This document shows, piece after piece, positions 27,297 to 32,000 of a stretch of DNA of 32,000 nt; position 1 is the first letter of the stretch; each line of letters starts with the position of its first letter. A program made the position numbers and the translations under genes. The stretch covers positions 1,470,001-1,502,000 of the forward strand of contig NC_020304.1 in assembly GCF_000341395.1 (NCBI RefSeq), given 5' to 3'. The notes under the pieces are model-generated. The model had not been told where the DNA came from. It searched no databases and saw only the letters and a program-made list of their open reading frames with translations. This DNA is from Desulfocapsa sulfexigens DSM 10523 (GTDB lineage Bacteria > Desulfobacterota > Desulfobulbia > Desulfobulbales > Desulfocapsaceae).

Positions 27297-28778
27297 GTGA
27301 GAAAATTAATCGATTTGACGATAAAAGATCCGGCTAAGCTTGAGAACGCAGTACAGCGTGCTCGAGAGCAAAATATAATCATCCCTACTTTCGAGCAGAT
27401 GATTAATCCGAGATTGATTCCGGATGCTATCACCAGGCAACTGGAAGGGGTCGGGCTCTGGGATCTCAATCCCCTGAACCTGTTTCGCATCAACTGGCAC
27501 AATGAGGCCAAAGAAAGCGGTGGTAAATTTGCTGGGGTTAACTATCTGGTTCTTCCGAAAGAACTCACCGGGATCGATGCCCGCATCGTGATTCTTCTCG
27601 GAAAGTGGTTTCCCACGGGTGCTCATAAGGTAGGGGCTGCTTACGCCTGTCTGGTGCCGCGTCTGGTTACCGGTCAATTTGATCCAACGACCCAGAAAGC
27701 AGTCTGGCCAAGTACTGGTAACTACTGTCGAGGCGGTGCCTACGACTCGACGCTGCTTGCCTGTGATTCCATCGCTATTCTGCCGGAAGGCATGAGCAAG
27801 GAACGTTTTGACTGGCTTGCCGGAGTGGCGGGAGAAACGATTAAAACACCGGGTTCCGAAAGCAATGTGAAGGAGATCTTTGACAAGTGCTGGGAACTGC
27901 GGAACTCGGGCCAGGAACTGTCCATTTTTAATCAGTTTGATGAATTTGGAAACTACCTCTGGCACTACGAAGTTACCAGCCGGGCCATGATGGAGGCACT
28001 GGAGGAGACCATGGGCGCGGGTGATCGCTTTCGGGCAACCATCTCCAACACCGGTTCCGGCGGAACCATAGCCTGTGGTGACTATATGAAGGAGCAGTTT
28101 CCACTCTCAAAGATAGTGGCCAGTGAGGCTCTTCAGTGCCCAACCCTCCTTAATAACGGATTTGGTGCCCATCGTATCGAAGGAATAGGCGACAAACATG
28201 TTCCCTGGATTCATAATGCCAAGAATACTGATGTGGTCACTGCTATCGACGACTGCGCCCCCATGGCATTGATCCGACTCTTTAACGAGCCTACGGGGCA
28301 GGAGTATCTGGTCAGCCAGGGTGTCTCAAGAGATCTTGTGGATAATCTCCATCTTCTGGGGATATCGAGTGTGGCCAATGTTCTCGCCGCTATCAAGACC
28401 GCCAAGTACTATGAGATGGATGGTAAGGATGTGATGATAACCATGGCAACGGATTCCATGGAGATGTACCAGAGCCGCCTGGCAGAGCTCACCGAAGAAG
28501 CGGGTGAGTTTACCGCTATGGATGCTGCCGCTGCTTATCATCGTTATATGCTTGGAGAGACCACCGACAACATGCAGGAGTTGAGTTATGTTGATCGTAA
28601 GCGGATTCACAACCTTAAGTATTTTACCTGGGTGGAGCAGCAGGGGAAGACTTACGAAGAGATTCAGGCCCAGTGGTATGATCCGGAGTACTGGAGCAGT
28701 ATTCATCATTCCATGGATGAGATTGATGATTTGATCGATGCCTTTAACGAACGTACCGGGCTGTTGCAGAAATTATGA
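27297..28778 (+). CDS. Large PLP-dependent (tryptophan-synthase-beta/cysteine-synthase superfamily) enzyme of unclear function
   Basis: About 493 aa from GTG 27297 (SD AAGGAG); 'KWFPTGAHKVGAAYACLVPRL' (probable PLP lysine), 'WPSTGNYCRGGAYDSTLLACDSIAILPEG', 'NTGSGGTIACGDYM'. Confidence 0.8.
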   Translation: MRKLIDLTIKDPAKLENAVQRAREQNIIIPTFEQMINPRLIPDAITRQLEGVGLWDLNPLNLFRINWHNEAKESGGKFAGVNYLVLPKELTGIDARIVILLGKWFPTGAHKVGAAYACLVPRLVTGQFDPTTQKAVWPSTGNYCRGGAYDSTLLACDSIAILPEGMSKERFDWLAGVAGETIKTPGSESNVKEIFDKCWELRNSGQELSIFNQFDEFGNYLWHYEVTSRAMMEALEETMGAGDRFRATISNTGSGGTIACGDYMKEQFPLSKIVASEALQCPTLLNNGFGAHRIEGIGDKHVPWIHNAKNTDVVTAIDDCAPMALIRLFNEPTGQEYLVSQGVSRDLVDNLHLLGISSVANVLAAIKTAKYYEMDGKDVMITMATDSMEMYQSRLAELTEEAGEFTAMDAAAAYHRYMLGETTDNMQELSYVDRKRIHNLKYFTWVEQQGKTYEEIQAQWYDPEYWSSIHHSMDEIDDLIDAFNERTGLLQKL

Positions 28779-28854
28779 AAACCTGGCCATCCTGTTAGTG
28801 TTCAACACGGCTGGCTGCGGTAGAATGTTTACTTAAACCACGGATCCTCCCTGC

Positions 28855-29859
28855 ATGATAGAAAAAGAAATTCTTATCCAACTGCGTCGTGGTCAAACCA
28901 TTGCCCTGATAACAATCATCGATAAGAGCGGTTCTGCTCCACGTCTTCCAGGATCCAAGATGTTTGTGGGAAGTGACGGGGCCATCACCGGCACCATTGG
29001 CGGGGGCAGGATGGAACACATTGCCTGTGCGACTGCCGTAAAAATAGCAGCTGGAGACGCCACGCCTGAGCTTACTGAAATTGATATGCGTGGCGGTGGA
29101 GCCGATGGCGATAGCGATATGATTTGCGGAGGGATACAACTCCTCCTTATCGAACGTATTACTCCTGATATGGTATCACTGTTTGAGCAGGCTCTGGCCT
29201 GTTTCGCGGATGGAGCCAGAGGGGGCTGGTTGATAGATATTAGTGTTCCAAAACAGCCGCTTCGTTCCTTTCTTGATATGCGCAACGACTGTTCATTGCC
29301 GGGCCTGGATTGCAGGGCAATCATACGGGGCAGGTATACCCGGCTGATACAAGCCAACGGGAAATCTCTGGTATTTGATCCCCTGCCCAAGTTTGGAACC
29401 GTAGTTCTGTTTGGTGGTGGTCATGTCTCCAAGGAAGTTGCCTGGCTGGCATCTGCTGTGGATTTTGATGTGGTGGTTTGTGACGATCGTCCTGAGTTTT
29501 CAAATACTGATAGATTCCCCATGGCAAGTGCAACCCATGTCCTTGAAGGCTTCAAAAACCTCTTCGAAAGAATTGAACAGGGAGAAGACCACTATCTGCT
29601 TATTATCACCCGCGGTCATAGCTATGATCAGGAAGTTCTGGCCCAAGTGCTGCGAACTCCGGCCCGCTATATAGGAATGATAGGGAGCAGGAGAAAACGA
29701 GATATCTGCTATGGGAATTTGCGTGATCAGGGGTTTAATGATGCCGATTTTGCGAGAGTTCATTGCCCCATTGGCCTTCCAATTGGATCTGAGACTCCAA
29801 GGGAAATCGCAGTCAGTATTACAGCAGAGTTGATTGCAGCACGTGCCGGGGCTCTATAA
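28855..29859 (+). CDS. XdhC/CoxI-family molybdenum hydroxylase maturation factor
   Basis: 334 aa; 'RRGQTIALITIIDKSGSAPRLPGSKMFV', 'GTIGGGRMEHIA', 'VVLFGGGHVSKEVAWLA', 'YIGMIGSRRKRD'. Distinct from the Fe-S subunit called xdhC in E. coli nomenclature. Confidence 0.92.
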   Translation: MIEKEILIQLRRGQTIALITIIDKSGSAPRLPGSKMFVGSDGAITGTIGGGRMEHIACATAVKIAAGDATPELTEIDMRGGGADGDSDMICGGIQLLLIERITPDMVSLFEQALACFADGARGGWLIDISVPKQPLRSFLDMRNDCSLPGLDCRAIIRGRYTRLIQANGKSLVFDPLPKFGTVVLFGGGHVSKEVAWLASAVDFDVVVCDDRPEFSNTDRFPMASATHVLEGFKNLFERIEQGEDHYLLIITRGHSYDQEVLAQVLRTPARYIGMIGSRRKRDICYGNLRDQGFNDADFARVHCPIGLPIGSETPREIAVSITAELIAARAGAL

Positions 29860-29862
29860 GTC

Positions 29863-30654
29863 ATGCCACAAACGACAGAAACGCTGATAAGGGAAAGCGA
29901 CCGGCTTATTTCCATTGTGGGAGGTGGTGGAAAGACCTCTTTGATGTTTTGTCTGGCTCATGCCATGCAACAAAAAGGAATCAGAGTGGTTTCTACCACT
30001 ACCACCCGTATTCTGGTGCCAGAACCCGAGCAGAGCCTGGATGTGGTTTTGCTGGCGGAACCGGGATTTGAAAAAAAACTCAAGTGTTCTCTGGATCAAC
30101 ATGGCCACGTAACAGTGGCTCAGCATCTATCGCCAGATGGTAAAAAGCTTCAGGGGTTGAGCTGTAACCAGGTTAAAACCGTACTTGAATATCCCTTTGT
30201 AGAGCGAATGATTGTTGAGGCTGATGGGGCAAGGCAATTATCGTTTAAGGCTCCGGGTGATAATGAGCCTGTGGTGCCCCAAATTACAGATGTATTTATC
30301 AGCGTGGTTGGCCTGGATATCATTGGCAAGTTCTTAGAGGATGTAAACGTCTTTCGTGCCGGGTTGGTATCGTCTCTGACAGGCGTGGAAATGGGTACTG
30401 AGATCACTCCTTTGATTGTGGCAAAACTGCTCGTCCATTCTAAGGGGTTGTTAAGGGGATGCCCGGAGAGTGCACGGAGTGTCCTGTTGCTCAATAAAGC
30501 GGACATTTCAGGTGGCAGGCAAAAGGCACTTTCAGTGATGGAAGCAGTTGGAAAACTAGAGGGGAAGAAACCGGATTACTGGGTGAGTGGTTCGACGAGA
30601 GAGGGTGTATTTAGGGGTAAAGGTGAATCTATTTGCAATCTATGGGAGAGATAA
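29863..30654 (+). CDS. yqeC: YqeC family selenium-dependent hydroxylase accessory protein
   Basis: 263 aa; P-loop-like 'ISIVGGGGKTSLMFCLAHAM', 'VVSTTTTRI', 'VERMIVEADGARQLSFKAP', 'LLNKADI'. Confidence 0.88.
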   Translation: MPQTTETLIRESDRLISIVGGGGKTSLMFCLAHAMQQKGIRVVSTTTTRILVPEPEQSLDVVLLAEPGFEKKLKCSLDQHGHVTVAQHLSPDGKKLQGLSCNQVKTVLEYPFVERMIVEADGARQLSFKAPGDNEPVVPQITDVFISVVGLDIIGKFLEDVNVFRAGLVSSLTGVEMGTEITPLIVAKLLVHSKGLLRGCPESARSVLLLNKADISGGRQKALSVMEAVGKLEGKKPDYWVSGSTREGVFRGKGESICNLWER

Positions 30655-30655
30655 A

Positions 30656-31219
30656 ATGATTCAACAACTAGCGAAAAATCAGAATTGGGCAAAAATAACC
30701 CCTGTTTTTGGAGTACTTTCTACGATTTGGTTATTGTGGTTTTTTAAACCAACCGATGTGCTGTTCTGGGCATATGTTAACATCCCTCTTTACTTTTTTC
30801 ATCAGACGGAGGAACATTTCTGGCCTGGCGGGTTCAAGAATTATATTAATCGTGTCATTAACAAGCTGCCAGAAGGTCAAGAAACACTTACCGACATCAA
30901 GATTTTCTGGGTAAATATCTTATTAGTATGGTTCGCCTTCAGTTTTTTTGGAGTTCTCTCACTTGTAAATATAGGATTTGGTCTGTTGATTATTGTTTTT
31001 AGTATTCTAAATTGCCTGACGCACATTTTTCAGGGTATAAGTCACAAACAATGGAATCCTGGGCTGGTAATGGCCAGCCTCCAATTTTTAATTTCAATCT
31101 ATGCCGCTTACTTTGTAACAGTAAACGGATTATCTGATCCTGTCATTTGGTGGATCGCCACTGTAGTTTTTTCAGTGTTCGTCCATGGTATGTTATTCAG
31201 GTTTGTGTTGAAAAAATGA
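30656..31219 (+). CDS. Small polytopic membrane protein with HxxEE motif
   Basis: 187 aa from ATG 30656 (SD GGGAGAG); 'LYFFHQTEEHFWPGGF' contains H-x-x-E-E; several hydrophobic segments. Confidence 0.7.
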   Translation: MIQQLAKNQNWAKITPVFGVLSTIWLLWFFKPTDVLFWAYVNIPLYFFHQTEEHFWPGGFKNYINRVINKLPEGQETLTDIKIFWVNILLVWFAFSFFGVLSLVNIGFGLLIIVFSILNCLTHIFQGISHKQWNPGLVMASLQFLISIYAAYFVTVNGLSDPVIWWIATVVFSVFVHGMLFRFVLKK

Positions 31220-31349
31220 CCGTGAATATCCGGGTGAACAATGCGCGGATAACCAGTACAACCGAGGACATCTATGATAAGTAAAGTCAAGTGGAAAACG
31301 GAGATTTCCTGTGTCCCAGCCTACCTGGTCTGGTTATTTCCAGCACAGA

Positions 31350-31419
31350 GTTCGGTGGAATAGGCCCTGCGACGGAGAACCCGTGAATATTCGTAGTCAC
31401 AGGGCCTATTCCACCGGAC
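31350..31419. repeat. Inverted repeat, about 20-bp arms (one G/T wobble), 30-nt loop
   Basis: GTTCGGTGGAATAGGCCCTG ... CAGGGCCTATTCCACCGGAC. Confidence 0.85.
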
Positions 31420-31671
31420 GGGCATTGTGAAAAAACTGTCTTTTTCGTTACGTTTTGCCGCTTTGTTTTTTTCTACTATCCCTTGGGTCAACAAATGGCT
31501 TGTGACCAGACATCTATTTACAGTATCAGGCTGTTCGCCGTCACAGAAGATTGAGTTTGGATCAAAACCCGCTGACCTTTAAACACAATATCGGTGCATC
31601 ACCCTCAAGCTCGCACAGTCCCCAGAACGAAAGGATCAGCAGGAAAACCAAGCCGCAAAATCACAATTCAT

Positions 31672-32000
31672 TTAAGCTGCTTTGTCCAGTACCTCCTTTG
31701 GAGTAAATTTCTTTTGGCTTTTATCAACCGCCAGCATGTATGCCACCAGTTTCCGTGCAACGGCAAGAGTCGCTCTGTTGCGGTTGCCTTTTTTTAGCTC
31801 TCGTTCATGCACTTCAGCTAATTGAGGGTTCCAGTGCGGCGCCAGTTTGGCAGCCTCAATCAGTACGGTCTGTAAATGTTTATTCCGTTTCTTGGATAGC
31901 GGTCCTCGAATCTCTTTCCCTGCTGATTCTTTCTGTGCGCTACATAGTCCACAGTAACTGACCGCCTGGTTGATACGGCCAAATCGATAAACATCTCCGA
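31672..32000 (-). mobile_element. IS110-family transposase, C-terminal portion (gene runs off the right edge)
   Basis: Reverse complement from the edge reads GDVYRFGRINQAVSYCGLCSAQKESAGKEIRGPLSKKRNKHLQTVLIEAAKLAPHWNPQLAEVHERELKKGNRNRATLAVARKLVAYMLAVDKSQKKFTPKEVLDKAA*, typical of the transposase IS116/IS110/IS902 C-terminal domain. Not in the ORF track. Confidence 0.85.

Noticed and set aside
31594-31961. + strand ORFs near the right edge
   Set aside because: They lie at least partly opposite the IS110-type transposase C-terminus, which has the recognisable protein sequence.
1-32000. CRISPR array, phage defence system, tRNA/rRNA genes, or secretion/biosynthetic cluster
   Set aside because: No regularly spaced repeats, no Cas/defence motifs and no tRNA-like or rRNA sequences recognised; the content is consistent with catabolism, transport and cofactor maturation.

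Overview
The window is dominated by one large, mostly + strand catabolic island. It closely matches the gene content of the E. coli yge/yqe/ygf/xdh 'selenium-associated molybdenum hydroxylase' and anaerobic purine/urate degradation region. On the - strand at the left edge are a 5' fragment of 2,3-diaminopropionate ammonia-lyase (ygeX/dpaL), which the ORF track misses, and a RidA-family gene. Divergent from these, on the + strand, are ygeY, a carbamate kinase and ygeW. After a 341-bp structured gap come a fused 2Fe-2S/Mo hydroxylase (xdhD-like), ssnA, a hydantoinase/dihydropyrimidinase, ygfK, yqeB, an NCS2 xanthine/uracil permease, a three-subunit xanthine dehydrogenase, guanine deaminase, and an ABC nucleoside-type transporter (ATPase, two permeases, BMP lipoprotein-type binding protein) that ends at a clear intrinsic terminator. 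Next come two PLP fold-type-II enzymes (threonine-synthase-like and an unusual large one), an XdhC/CoxI-family maturation factor, yqeC and a small HxxEE-motif membrane protein. The right edge holds inverted repeats and the C-terminal part of an IS110-family transposase (- strand). The core pathway is a known type of system. The least explained parts are the tandem PLP enzymes, the HxxEE protein at the mobile-element boundary, and several strong intergenic palindromes, especially a perfect 29-bp-arm inverted repeat at 24498-24568. No CRISPR, tRNA or rRNA was recognised. All calls are from reading the sequence; no database search was run.
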